Shown: one piece after another, positions 10,413 to 18,250 of the stretch
Numbering within the stretch: position 1 is the stretch's first letter
Layout: every line of letters starts with the position of its first letter
Virus record (IMG/VR): IMGVR_UViG_3300025168_000038
Location: 1 to 64,000 of that record
Strand: one strand, 5' to 3'
From: a virus
DNA length: 64,000 nucleotides
Program-made: the position numbers and the translations under genes
The notes under the pieces: generated by a model
What the model saw: only the letters and a program-made list of their open reading frames with translations
Database searches by the model: none
Told to the model about the DNA's origin: nothing

Positions 10413-10758
10413 GTATTTTATAATCCAACAATACTAAACCATCCTTTTGAATATTCATATCTTTATTAATAGAAATAGTCTTTTTATTTATGCCACTTTT
10501 TTTAAGTAATCCTTTTTTTTCTGCTTTAGTAATTGCATTTCTTGCAGACTGTGGACTTTTAAATATATTGTCATTAACAAGTTTAATACAAAACTTAGTT
10601 AATTCTATATTATCATCCTTAGAAAGACGCATAAGAAATTTTAAATCAGAATTACTTATAATTATTTGTTTAAAAAAACAATAAGTCATTATTTGATACA
10701 TTACACATGTATCTAAATTAACTTTTAATTTTAAATCTATTTTATTTACTAATGCCAT
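10387..10758 (-). CDS. Putative winged-helix DNA-binding protein
   Basis: SPQSARNAITKAEKKGLL. Confidence 0.5.
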   Translation of the reverse strand: MALVNKIDLKLKVNLDTCVMYQIMTYCFFKQIIISNSDLKFLMRLSKDDNIELTKFCIKLVNDNIFKSPQSARNAITKAEKKGLLKKSGINKKTISINKDMNIQKDGLVLLDYKILGNESQEA

Positions 10759-10759
10759 A

Positions 10760-11683
10760 TTATAAACTCATTATCATATCAACAAAGTCTGGATGTGGAT
10801 AACAATCCATTTTATCTTTCCTTACGTTGGTATGTGTTAACAAACCTTCTATTTTACCATAGTATGCTTCTTCTTGAAAATCAAATCCTTTTGTAACACC
10901 ATATTTTTTTATAAACTGTTTAAGTCCTAATCTAATATCTATATTATCTCTTTCACCTACAAACTTAATCCACTTTTCAGTTTCATTAATTTGTTTATCA
11001 GAATAAGAATGCCAATGCATCTTACCTCTAAACATTTCTTTTAACTCTGTTACCTGATCATCTTGACATATACTATTAACATAGGTAGCTTTAGTGATAC
11101 TATCTAAATATCCCATACTACATATTTCCAGTCCTACAGAATGTTTGTTCATAAAACCAGAACCTGTCTTTCCTAAATGATAAGCTTGATTCCCTGTATC
11201 AAATGCCTGAACCATTACACCATCATGTTCATCATTGCCATTTCTGTGATTAATGCCACCTAAAACAAATTCAGTAGCAATTCTACCTCTTTTATCTCTA
11301 CCCCACATGTCTACACAAGCATAAGGATTAGAGTTACCAGCAGTATGATGTAAAAATATATAATGATTTTTTATAGGTCCTTTTACATATTCACCTTTTG
11401 GTAAAAAATATTTATGTATAGTTTGATTAAAGTTTGTAACGTAATGTTGTTTAGATAAATCATTATCTTCATCAATCTCTTCAGATAACTTAAATGGTGT
11501 ACTAATGAGTAATGTCCATGTCTGTGATCCAACTATACCATCAGCTACTAAACCATTGCTTAGTTGAAATCTTATAACATGTTTTTCTGTTTGAGGACCA
11601 AAATGACCATCTTGAGGTATATTAAGTTTAAGTTGTAACTTCTTTACCTCTATATTTTTATCACCTAACTTAAGAAGTCTCAT
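10760..11683 (-). CDS. Endolysin: peptidoglycan-binding domain plus N-acetylmuramoyl-L-alanine amidase (Amidase_2)
   Basis: DGHFGPQT and DGIVGSQTW (PG_binding_1); IFLHHTAG, SVGLEIC and THTNVRKDKMDC zinc-amidase motifs. Confidence 0.88.
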   Translation of the reverse strand: MRLLKLGDKNIEVKKLQLKLNIPQDGHFGPQTEKHVIRFQLSNGLVADGIVGSQTWTLLISTPFKLSEEIDEDNDLSKQHYVTNFNQTIHKYFLPKGEYVKGPIKNHYIFLHHTAGNSNPYACVDMWGRDKRGRIATEFVLGGINHRNGNDEHDGVMVQAFDTGNQAYHLGKTGSGFMNKHSVGLEICSMGYLDSITKATYVNSICQDDQVTELKEMFRGKMHWHSYSDKQINETEKWIKFVGERDNIDIRLGLKQFIKKYGVTKGFDFQEEAYYGKIEGLLTHTNVRKDKMDCYPHPDFVDMIMSL

Positions 11684-11684
11684 A

Positions 11685-11984
11685 CTATCCTATATTAGAT
11701 GCTGCTTTTTCCATTGCTTCTTTAAATGCTTTTGCATCTTCAGAGTCTGGGGCTGCGTTATCACCTTCTTTAGAAGCAGCATATGCTTGAGCTAAATACA
11801 TTTGTGCTTGCATTCTTTCTGCTCTTGCCTTTTCTATTGTAGCTAATAGATCTTCATATTCAGCTTGTACAGTTAAATGAGGTATATTATCTTTATAAAA
11901 AGATGTGATTTCTTCTCTACGTGCTGCTAATTCTTCTTTGCTTAATTGTGGATCCTTATTTGGATCAAGATTTAATTCTGCCAT
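11685..11984 (-). CDS. Hypothetical coiled-coil protein
   Basis: 99-aa ORF with a TAnnTTTG element upstream. Confidence 0.6.
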   Translation of the reverse strand: MAELNLDPNKDPQLSKEELAARREEITSFYKDNIPHLTVQAEYEDLLATIEKARAERMQAQMYLAQAYAASKEGDNAAPDSEDAKAFKEAMEKAASNIG

Positions 11985-12057
11985 TTTAATTTTTTTAGGT
12001 TAAACTAATACAAACATACATAATTAGTTTAAATAAAAAAAGTTTAAGACATTAATT

Positions 12058-12348
12058 TTACCACTTTACTTTATCTGCCCAGTATGCAGCACTCATTTTA
12101 CCTTTGGCAATATTTCTTCCGTGTCTTGCTTTAAAACTTTTACGTCTTGCTTTTTGTTTAGCAGATTCACCTGCTTTAGGTTTACCTGCAGTTTTTACAC
12201 CTTGTTGACCAAAACGTATAGTTTTAACTTTGTCTCCTTGTTTAGCAACAACTACATGTGACTTTTTTGGATGTGAAGGAGTTCTTTTAGGTTTGTTATA
12301 ACCTGACACTCCTGCTTTTGTTAACCTACTATCTTTTTTTGAAGCCAT
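12058..12348 (-). CDS. Small highly basic protein
   Basis: K/R-rich; KTIRFGQQG, RRKSFKARH and SAAYWADKVKW. Confidence 0.7.
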   Translation of the reverse strand: MASKKDSRLTKAGVSGYNKPKRTPSHPKKSHVVVAKQGDKVKTIRFGQQGVKTAGKPKAGESAKQKARRKSFKARHGRNIAKGKMSAAYWADKVKW

Positions 12349-12350
12349 AA

Positions 12351-12593
12351 TTATCTATTTTTACCTTTGTGTAAACCATGACTAGCATGTTGTTTACCTT
12401 TTTTTGTAGCAGCTCTTTTCTTAGCGTTTGCTGCAGCTAATTTCTTTTTACCTTTCTTAGTACTCTTCAACTTAGAAATAGTCTTAGACGGAGCATATAC
12501 TTCACCAGTGTCAGAAGATTTCTTTCCGCTTGCAGTTCTCCATTTCTGTTTGGTCCATCTAGTAAGACTTTTTTGTTGTTTAGTCTTTGCCAT
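12351..12593 (-). CDS. Small basic protein (resembles the C-terminal half of DUF5872-type proteins)
   Basis: QKSLTRWTKQKWRT...GEVYAP...KKRAATKKGKQ. Confidence 0.6.
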   Translation of the reverse strand: MAKTKQQKSLTRWTKQKWRTASGKKSSDTGEVYAPSKTISKLKSTKKGKKKLAAANAKKRAATKKGKQHASHGLHKGKNR

Positions 12594-12690
12594 TATTGCA
12601 TATTATATCTTTATTTTGTGAGCAACACTCTTTTGGTGCTGCACATGCTGCTAATGTAAATAACAGAAATATTATTATTTTTTTACTCAT
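12580..12690 (-). CDS. Small Cys-rich lipoprotein, 36 aa (not in ORF track)
   Basis: MSKKIIIFLLFTLAACAAPKECCSQNKDIICNNGKD; lipobox LAA-C; overlaps both neighbours. Confidence 0.6.
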   Translation of the reverse strand: MSKKIIIFLLFTLAACAAPKECCSQNKDIICNNGKD

Positions 12691-12857
12691 TTTTTCTTAG
12701 CTTTAAGTTTTGCTGTTTTAGATAAGTCTTTAAAATGAACTAAAGGCTTACTAGTCTTGGAATGTGTCTTACCAGTATGTAGCTTACCATTTGCCATTTT
12801 GTGACTACCACCTTTCCATTCAGTTCCGTTTTTTAAATAATGTTTTACACCTTTCAT
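12687..12857 (-). CDS. Small basic His-rich protein (likely start MKGVKHY)
   Basis: MKGVKHYLKNGTEWKGGSHKMANGKLHTGKTHSKTSKPLVH; the 5' extension in the track overlaps the upstream gene. Confidence 0.6.
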   Translation of the reverse strand: MKGVKHYLKNGTEWKGGSHKMANGKLHTGKTHSKTSKPLVHFKDLSKTAKLKAKKK

Positions 12858-12861
12858 AATT

Positions 12862-13056
12862 TTATTTTTTTGATTTATATCCGCCTCCGTTTGATTTATA
12901 TCTTTTTGCAAGCATTTGAGCTTTACGTGCAGACCATTGACCAGGAGCACCACCTTTACCACCAGCCTTAATTGAATTAAATAATCTCTTACGCATTGTG
13001 GGTTTAGTATAGTTTCCTGAACTATTTACCGTACTTTTCTTTTTTTTAACTGCCAT
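12862..13056 (-). CDS. Small basic protein (resembles the N-terminal half of DUF5872-type proteins)
   Basis: YTKPTMRKRLFNSIKAGGKGGAPGQWSARKAQMLAKRYKSNGGGY. Confidence 0.7.
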   Translation of the reverse strand: MAVKKKKSTVNSSGNYTKPTMRKRLFNSIKAGGKGGAPGQWSARKAQMLAKRYKSNGGGYKSKK

Positions 13057-13373
13057 TATTCTGATATTTGCGGATAAGACTTTTCCATTATTTTTTGTAG
13101 TTTAGCACATTTTTCATACTCCTCCGAGTCTATGTAGTGAAAGATCATATTCTCTAGTTGTTCCTGTGTAGGTCCAGCTATTGGGTCGTAAGCCATTACT
13201 GCCTCATGCCCTTTGTCAAACTTCTTTTCAAGTAAGTCATCAAAAGTTATTTGATTAGTTAAAACAAAATAAGAATTATTATATGCTGTATCTAAGATTA
13301 CTTGATCTAGTTGCATTTGTTCAAATTCTGTTAAACCTTCTTCATGCTCAGGTTCATTATCCCATTGTGACAT
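13056..13373 (-). CDS. Acidic protein with a C-terminal UVR (UvrB/C)-like motif
   Basis: YIDSEEYEKCAKLQKI. Confidence 0.55.
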   Translation of the reverse strand: MSQWDNEPEHEEGLTEFEQMQLDQVILDTAYNNSYFVLTNQITFDDLLEKKFDKGHEAVMAYDPIAGPTQEQLENMIFHYIDSEEYEKCAKLQKIMEKSYPQISE

Positions 13374-13407
13374 AAGTTTTGTTTTTAGTTATACTACATC
13401 TATAAGA

Positions 13408-13423
13408 ATAATATACTAAAATT
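13408..13423 (-). promoter_or_regulatory. Candidate late promoter (TATATTAT)
   Basis: About 35 nt upstream of the first head-module gene. Confidence 0.45.
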
Positions 13424-13603
13424 TCTAGTCCCATAAAAATTATTTAGCACTAACATGCCCCCCACCTGATTAAAAAAATTTCATCCCCCACCAAAGTTAT
13501 GTATTTTGCGTGCTATGTACCTCCTCCCCTTTTGCTCCCCACCTTATAATTGTGGTTGGGTTACCCCCCGTAATATTTCCACGTTAATTAAAATTTATTA
13601 ATT

Positions 13604-13999
13604 ATGTTATATTTTTATTCCTTAAATCAAGGACAACGTACAGACGGTACTCAATTCCGTTCTATTATTGCAACTGACAAACCAGTTGCACAAACTAAGA
13701 CAGTATCAATAGGTACGCAATCTGCAGGTGCAGGTGCTAATCTAAGAGCTGTCAAATATGGTGCATTTAACCCACAAGATGACAATGGTCAACAGTTATC
13801 AGCTGACAATCCTTGGTGGGATAGTTTCATAGAAGATTTCTCCATTGATATGGAAAATCCTACTAGGTCTACTGAAAGATTTAAAACGTACCAAGGTAGC
13901 TTTGGTATATTGTCAGAAGATTTAGAACTGTCAGATACCAATGTAGTTAAATCAGATGGTACTACTGCAGATAATCTTTACTATGTGAAAACTAAGTAG
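13604..13999 (+). CDS. Hypothetical protein, first gene of the plus-strand block
   Basis: 131-aa ORF with an A/T-rich leader, followed by a hairpin terminator. Confidence 0.65.
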   Translation: MLYFYSLNQGQRTDGTQFRSIIATDKPVAQTKTVSIGTQSAGAGANLRAVKYGAFNPQDDNGQQLSADNPWWDSFIEDFSIDMENPTRSTERFKTYQGSFGILSEDLELSDTNVVKSDGTTADNLYYVKTK

Positions 14000-14005
14000 A
14001 GTAAT

Positions 14006-14040
14006 AAGAGAGAGTGTAATAGCTCTCTCTTTGTTTTTCT
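14006..14040 (+). terminator. Intrinsic terminator
   Basis: AAGAGAGAG-loop-CTCTCTCTT followed by a T-rich tract. Confidence 0.7.
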
Positions 14041-14389
14041 TATGCAATCTGTCACATGTTTGTGGTTTTCCACTACATACTGACACATGTTTCCCGTTTT
14101 GCTCTCCTTTCCTCTTGTTTGCTCCCTTTCTTTTGATTGTATGCATAACATGTACATTAAAGTGAGTGTTAAACTGTATGTACCTGGTCTCATATCCACA
14201 TATTACCACTATTTACCACATAATAATAATCATAGCTACTTATAATATATATATAGCTAGCAACAATACAAGTGTAACTATTACACACAACAATACAACA
14301 AGGGTAGTCTATGTCTCTCTCTCTATAGGATAATAGACATAGTACCCGGAATCTTATCAAATAATCTCTAACCAATAACAAAAACAATT

Positions 14390-15010
14390 ATGAAAAAACT
14401 ATTAATAATCTTATTCATGCCATTAATATCTATGGCACAACAACAAACATATGTACCAGATGATAACTTTGAGGCTGCCTTAGAGTATCTTGGTATAGGT
14501 AACGGAATACCAAATGATGACTTTGTCACTACATCTAACATAAGTGACATAACAAATCTATTAATATATAGTCAAGGTATAGCTGACCTAACAGGCATAG
14601 AAGACTTCCTTAGTTTAAGAGGCCTGAGTGTTCAGGATAACCAATTAACAAGTATAGATCTCAGTAATAATATTGCTTTAAAGATTTTAGATATTAATGA
14701 TAACCAGCTTACACAACTTGATCTAAGCAATAATCCTTTGATAGAAGTACTTCATGCATTCAACAATCCAGGCTTGGAATGTATAAATGTGTATGATATA
14801 ACACAAGCAAATACTTGGTATCCTGCTGTTCTTGATAACAATCAATACTTCAGTGAATCATGCATGTTAACAGACGTAGCTGAAACATACCAGTATAGAA
14901 GACTCGTAAAGATAATAGATCTATGGGGTAATGATGTAGTCAAATATAATCAGGCTGTCTTCTTTATCTATGATGATGGAAGCGTAGAAAGAAAAGTAAT
15001 AATCCAATAA
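14390..15010 (+). CDS. Secreted leucine-rich-repeat protein of flavobacterial type
   Basis: Signal peptide MKKLLIILFMPLISMAQ; TYVPDDNFE cap; NQLTxLDLSNN repeats; C-terminus LVKIIDLWG...FIYDDGSVERKVI. Confidence 0.8.
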   Translation: MKKLLIILFMPLISMAQQQTYVPDDNFEAALEYLGIGNGIPNDDFVTTSNISDITNLLIYSQGIADLTGIEDFLSLRGLSVQDNQLTSIDLSNNIALKILDINDNQLTQLDLSNNPLIEVLHAFNNPGLECINVYDITQANTWYPAVLDNNQYFSESCMLTDVAETYQYRRLVKIIDLWGNDVVKYNQAVFFIYDDGSVERKVIIQ

Positions 15011-15020
15011 ATCCGTTATC

Positions 15021-15254
15021 ATGAATCAAAAACAATATGAATCTTTATTAAGATATCTTAGTGAAGAAAGAGCACACCTCAAATTTAAGGAGGATGCAGT
15101 AGAATTAAACACGTATACGGGTGACATTGAGTTTACCCATCATGCAAATAAATATATCAGAGCTGAAGAAGGAGTGTTAGAAATGACCTTTGAACAGTTC
15201 GGATTCAAACCCAAGCAAAGCTTATTAGATAGACTTAAGTGTCTGTTTAATTAA
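15021..15254 (+). CDS. Hypothetical protein
   Basis: ORF in the co-oriented block. Confidence 0.55.
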   Translation: MNQKQYESLLRYLSEERAHLKFKEDAVELNTYTGDIEFTHHANKYIRAEEGVLEMTFEQFGFKPKQSLLDRLKCLFN

Positions 15255-15272
15255 AAACCTATTAGTGATAAT

Positions 15273-15403
15273 AGACTAACAACACCAGCTATTTATGTTA
15301 GATAATAACATGAGTAGTTAGGTCTTGTTTTTGTTTTTGTTAATTGTGGTTAGTTGATATGGCACCTGATACCTTTTCTTAACTTGTTTTGGTGTTAGGT
15401 GCC
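15273..15403 (+). ncRNA. Putative structured intergenic RNA
   Basis: 14-bp and 13-bp stems with G-U pairs and U-rich unpaired segments. Confidence 0.45.
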
Positions 15404-15443
15404 CTCTATCATAAATCAAAATACTAATACTAAATTTAAATAT

Positions 15444-15950
15444 ATGCCAAATACTTATAACATATCAAAACAAGCACTAATGAAGTTGCTTAATAAAATA
15501 CTAAATGTACAGGGTCACATGAACACTGATCACATATTCTCTATACTAATGACAGATCTAACTGATCATGCTAAAGAATCTATATTACATCTTGCATACA
15601 TGGATGATGAGTATGCACCATTACAAGTAGGAGACTATTGTATTGTTAAACCTAGATCATATCATCCAGGAAGTGAATTTGAATGGGACATACTAGATGA
15701 TCTCAAACTTAATCCAGGTAATGGCTATGTATATGCCAAAGTTATAGGAGATGGAGGTTGGAGTAGTACTGAGCCATACAATCCATTTCGTTCAACACTA
15801 GAATTAGAACTATTATATCATGATGCTGATGGTGTGCTCAGACCATTCAAAGATTCAATCAACCCAATGGAGTTAACATACGTTGACGTGGATGAGATTA
15901 AATACTTTGATATACTTGATACAGATAAACCAATATCAAATTATGCCTAG
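15444..15950 (+). CDS. Hypothetical protein (likely start MPNTY)
   Basis: ORF; the GTG start in the track falls inside a hairpin. Confidence 0.6.
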   Translation: MPNTYNISKQALMKLLNKILNVQGHMNTDHIFSILMTDLTDHAKESILHLAYMDDEYAPLQVGDYCIVKPRSYHPGSEFEWDILDDLKLNPGNGYVYAKVIGDGGWSSTEPYNPFRSTLELELLYHDADGVLRPFKDSINPMELTYVDVDEIKYFDILDTDKPISNYA

Positions 15951-16137
15951 ACTATCATCAGAACTCATAAGAGATGAGTATAACAAATGGAGAAAGACTG
16001 GTGAAGAAACCGGTTTTGGTCCTTATATGAATCAGAAGTACTTCCTTAAAGATATAGAATTAATTAAAGAATTAGATACCAATATGGCTTTACTTAGACT
16101 ATTAAAAGATCATGTACAAGAACAAGACACACTATAA
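15943..16137 (+). CDS. Hypothetical protein (likely start MPRLS)
   Basis: ORF coupled to the upstream stop. Confidence 0.5.
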   Translation: MPRLSSELIRDEYNKWRKTGEETGFGPYMNQKYFLKDIELIKELDTNMALLRLLKDHVQEQDTL

Positions 16138-16369
16138 GTTTGGAATAGTAACCCAAAAGGTTATATCTGATCCAAGCTTAAGTATACAAGCAAAAGGATT
16201 GTATTCATTACTATCCTGTTATGCAGACAAAGAGAGAAGTTGCTTTCCTTCTTTGTCAACACTAGCTGATACTCTAAATGTAACGCCTGACACAGTCAGC
16301 AGGTACATTAGAGAGTTAAAAGCACATAAATACATAAAGAGAGTTGGTAGAAAGCTATACATAATTTAA
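16112..16369 (+). CDS. Helix-turn-helix protein (HTH_36-like)
   Basis: LSIQAKGLYSLL...CFPSLSTLADTLNVTPDTVSRYIRELKAHKYI. Confidence 0.8.
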   Translation: MYKNKTHYKFGIVTQKVISDPSLSIQAKGLYSLLSCYADKERSCFPSLSTLADTLNVTPDTVSRYIRELKAHKYIKRVGRKLYII

Positions 16370-16451
16370 GCGTTAGCTATTATACTGCACTTTATTTTTG
16401 AATTTGAACCAAGATATTTAATTATTATTGTCTCAGAGCAATTTATTATTT

Positions 16452-16459
16452 TACTTTTG
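16452..16459 (+). promoter_or_regulatory. Bacteroidota sigma-type -7 element (TAnnTTTG)
   Basis: TACTTTTG about 20 nt before an ATG; similar sites at 33246 (+), 50035 (+), 12011 (-), 21021 (-) and 42858 (-). Confidence 0.5.
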
Positions 16460-16478
16460 TTAGTATTAAATTAGTAAA

Positions 16479-16751
16479 ATGATAGTACAATTGCCCAATG
16501 GTAGAATAATTGAATGTTCATTAGAACAGTATCTCTCTCTTACAGATCAAGAGGTGCAGGATCTAAATGGATTAAGTTCAGCCTATACCAAAGAAGTGGG
16601 TAATCCTTTTTATAACAGCTTCTCCAGTACAACAACACCTAAGGAAATCAAAGATTCTATAGAGTTTATAGAAGAGTTTGAGCCAGCCTTAGATGAGATG
16701 GAGGCGTTTGAAAAGTTGGAAGACCCGTATTTCCATTCAGATGATGTCTAA
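16479..16751 (+). CDS. Hypothetical acidic protein
   Basis: ORF with TACTTTTG at 16452-16459 upstream. Confidence 0.6.
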   Translation: MIVQLPNGRIIECSLEQYLSLTDQEVQDLNGLSSAYTKEVGNPFYNSFSSTTTPKEIKDSIEFIEEFEPALDEMEAFEKLEDPYFHSDDV

Positions 16752-16796
16752 TAGTTAGACACATTAATCATTTATTAATTTAATAATCAAGAAAAA

Positions 16797-17363
16797 ATGC
16801 AAAATTTAAATCAAGAAGTTTCAATCGTAGCTGATGACATGGGTAATGTTATCAGACAATCACAAAACAATGCAGAGTATGGTCACATTAGACTAGTACA
16901 AGACAGAATCACAATCAATAATGGTTTTGTAAACAAGAAAGCTGTATCTACACTGCTACAGGGCCAAATGGAAGTGTTACAATCATTAGGTTGGGATGCT
17001 GATACTAAGCCAGGAGGTAGAATAGTAGTTCTAGAGTCTTTTACAGGTGATGACCGTAATCTAAAGATGGCTGGTCAGACAGGTGTAATCTGCAAGAGTG
17101 TAGATCAGGAGACTGGTGAAGAAAGAAACATCTATAGAACAACTAAGTTCAAGTCAGACCCAAATGCACAAGACACATTCATTGATCATACTAATGCTGA
17201 TGAAATCAGAACAGCAAATGGTGTCACTGTTAATAATGAAACAATGACACAGACTCCAGACCAAGCGTTTGAAGAAAGTGTAGAAGATGAAGTAGTAGAA
17301 GATGTAGTTGATGATAACAAAGAAGTTGAAGTAGAAGACCTAGAAAAGGAATTCTCACTATAA
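16797..17363 (+). CDS. Hypothetical protein with an acidic tail (possible ssDNA-binding protein)
   Basis: Beta-rich core plus a D/E-rich C-terminus ending EFSL. Confidence 0.5.
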   Translation: MQNLNQEVSIVADDMGNVIRQSQNNAEYGHIRLVQDRITINNGFVNKKAVSTLLQGQMEVLQSLGWDADTKPGGRIVVLESFTGDDRNLKMAGQTGVICKSVDQETGEERNIYRTTKFKSDPNAQDTFIDHTNADEIRTANGVTVNNETMTQTPDQAFEESVEDEVVEDVVDDNKEVEVEDLEKEFSL

Positions 17364-17385
17364 TTTAATTTGTTGGAGATACAGT

Positions 17386-17420
17386 AGGGCTGGGGTAGGG
17401 TAATACCTCAGCTCTTTTGT
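17386..17420 (+). terminator. Intrinsic terminator
   Basis: AGGGCTGGGGTA / TACCTCAGCTCT 12-bp stem with 2 G-U pairs, followed by Ts. Confidence 0.75.
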
Positions 17421-17457
17421 ATTATTAAAAAATCATTAACTAAAAACCACTACTAAA

Positions 17458-17979
17458 ATGCTATCACAAAAACAATTACAAAAACTAGATCAACAGAAAC
17501 AACTAAATCTCTTAAAGTTGAGAGAAGAACGTTACCAATACTATGGTTTACTCAGTGAGTATCAATTACATCCTGAATCTATAGTAAATTCACTAAATTA
17601 TTCAAAACTAAACAAGTATCAAGTGTTCTTATTTAAAAGAGTACTACATGGTCTCAATGTCTACAAGCCTGATGAAGTTCAAAAGCTTCACTGGGATAAG
17701 AAACGTAGAATAAGCAGAGTATGGAGAAGAGCACAAAAAGAAATAAATGCTTGGAAACAAACCATTTGTAATAAGAAAGTAAATGCTTATCTTCGTAAGA
17801 CTTTTACAGGTAAAACAGTAGAATATATACTGTCTGTACCTGCAGAAGAAACATTAGAGGATTACAATAACACTATGACTTTCAAGGAGTTAGGTATTAA
17901 CTATGAAGATGTTATACTTAAGTTCTTATCATTAGGGTTATTGCCTAGAAACTTTTTTACAATAACAAATGGGAATTAA
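17458..17979 (+). CDS. Hypothetical basic protein
   Basis: 173-aa ORF. Confidence 0.6.
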   Translation: MLSQKQLQKLDQQKQLNLLKLREERYQYYGLLSEYQLHPESIVNSLNYSKLNKYQVFLFKRVLHGLNVYKPDEVQKLHWDKKRRISRVWRRAQKEINAWKQTICNKKVNAYLRKTFTGKTVEYILSVPAEETLEDYNNTMTFKELGINYEDVILKFLSLGLLPRNFFTITNGN

Positions 17980-18250
17980 TAATTATTCTAAAAAGATGTC
18001 TAAGTTAAATGCGGCATACACCAAGATGCGTGTGCCGTATTTAACAGACAATCCAGTATGTCATGCTAATATACACAACTGTAGTATTAAGGCCACAGAC
18101 ATACATCATAAACAAGGCAGAGGTTTAAACCATTTAAATGTAAACACATGGTTAGCTGTCTGTAGAAATTGTCACATGTGGATAGAAGAAAACACAGTTG
18201 AAGCAATTGAGCTGGGATTTTCTCTTCCAAGAATACAAGAAAATAAATGA
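17969..18250 (+). CDS. HNH endonuclease-like protein
   Basis: C...ATDIHHKQGRG...TWLAVCRNCHMWI. Confidence 0.8.
   Translation: MGINNYSKKMSKLNAAYTKMRVPYLTDNPVCHANIHNCSIKATDIHHKQGRGLNHLNVNTWLAVCRNCHMWIEENTVEAIELGFSLPRIQENK

Noticed and set aside
493-10684. Short plus-strand ORFs in the track (493, 1388, 4152, 5597, 7770, 10490 and others)
   Set aside because: Antisense shadows of well-supported minus-strand genes
13952-14550. Overlapping short minus-strand ORFs
   Set aside because: Mutually overlapping, odd composition, and lying over terminator/repeat DNA or antisense to the LRR gene
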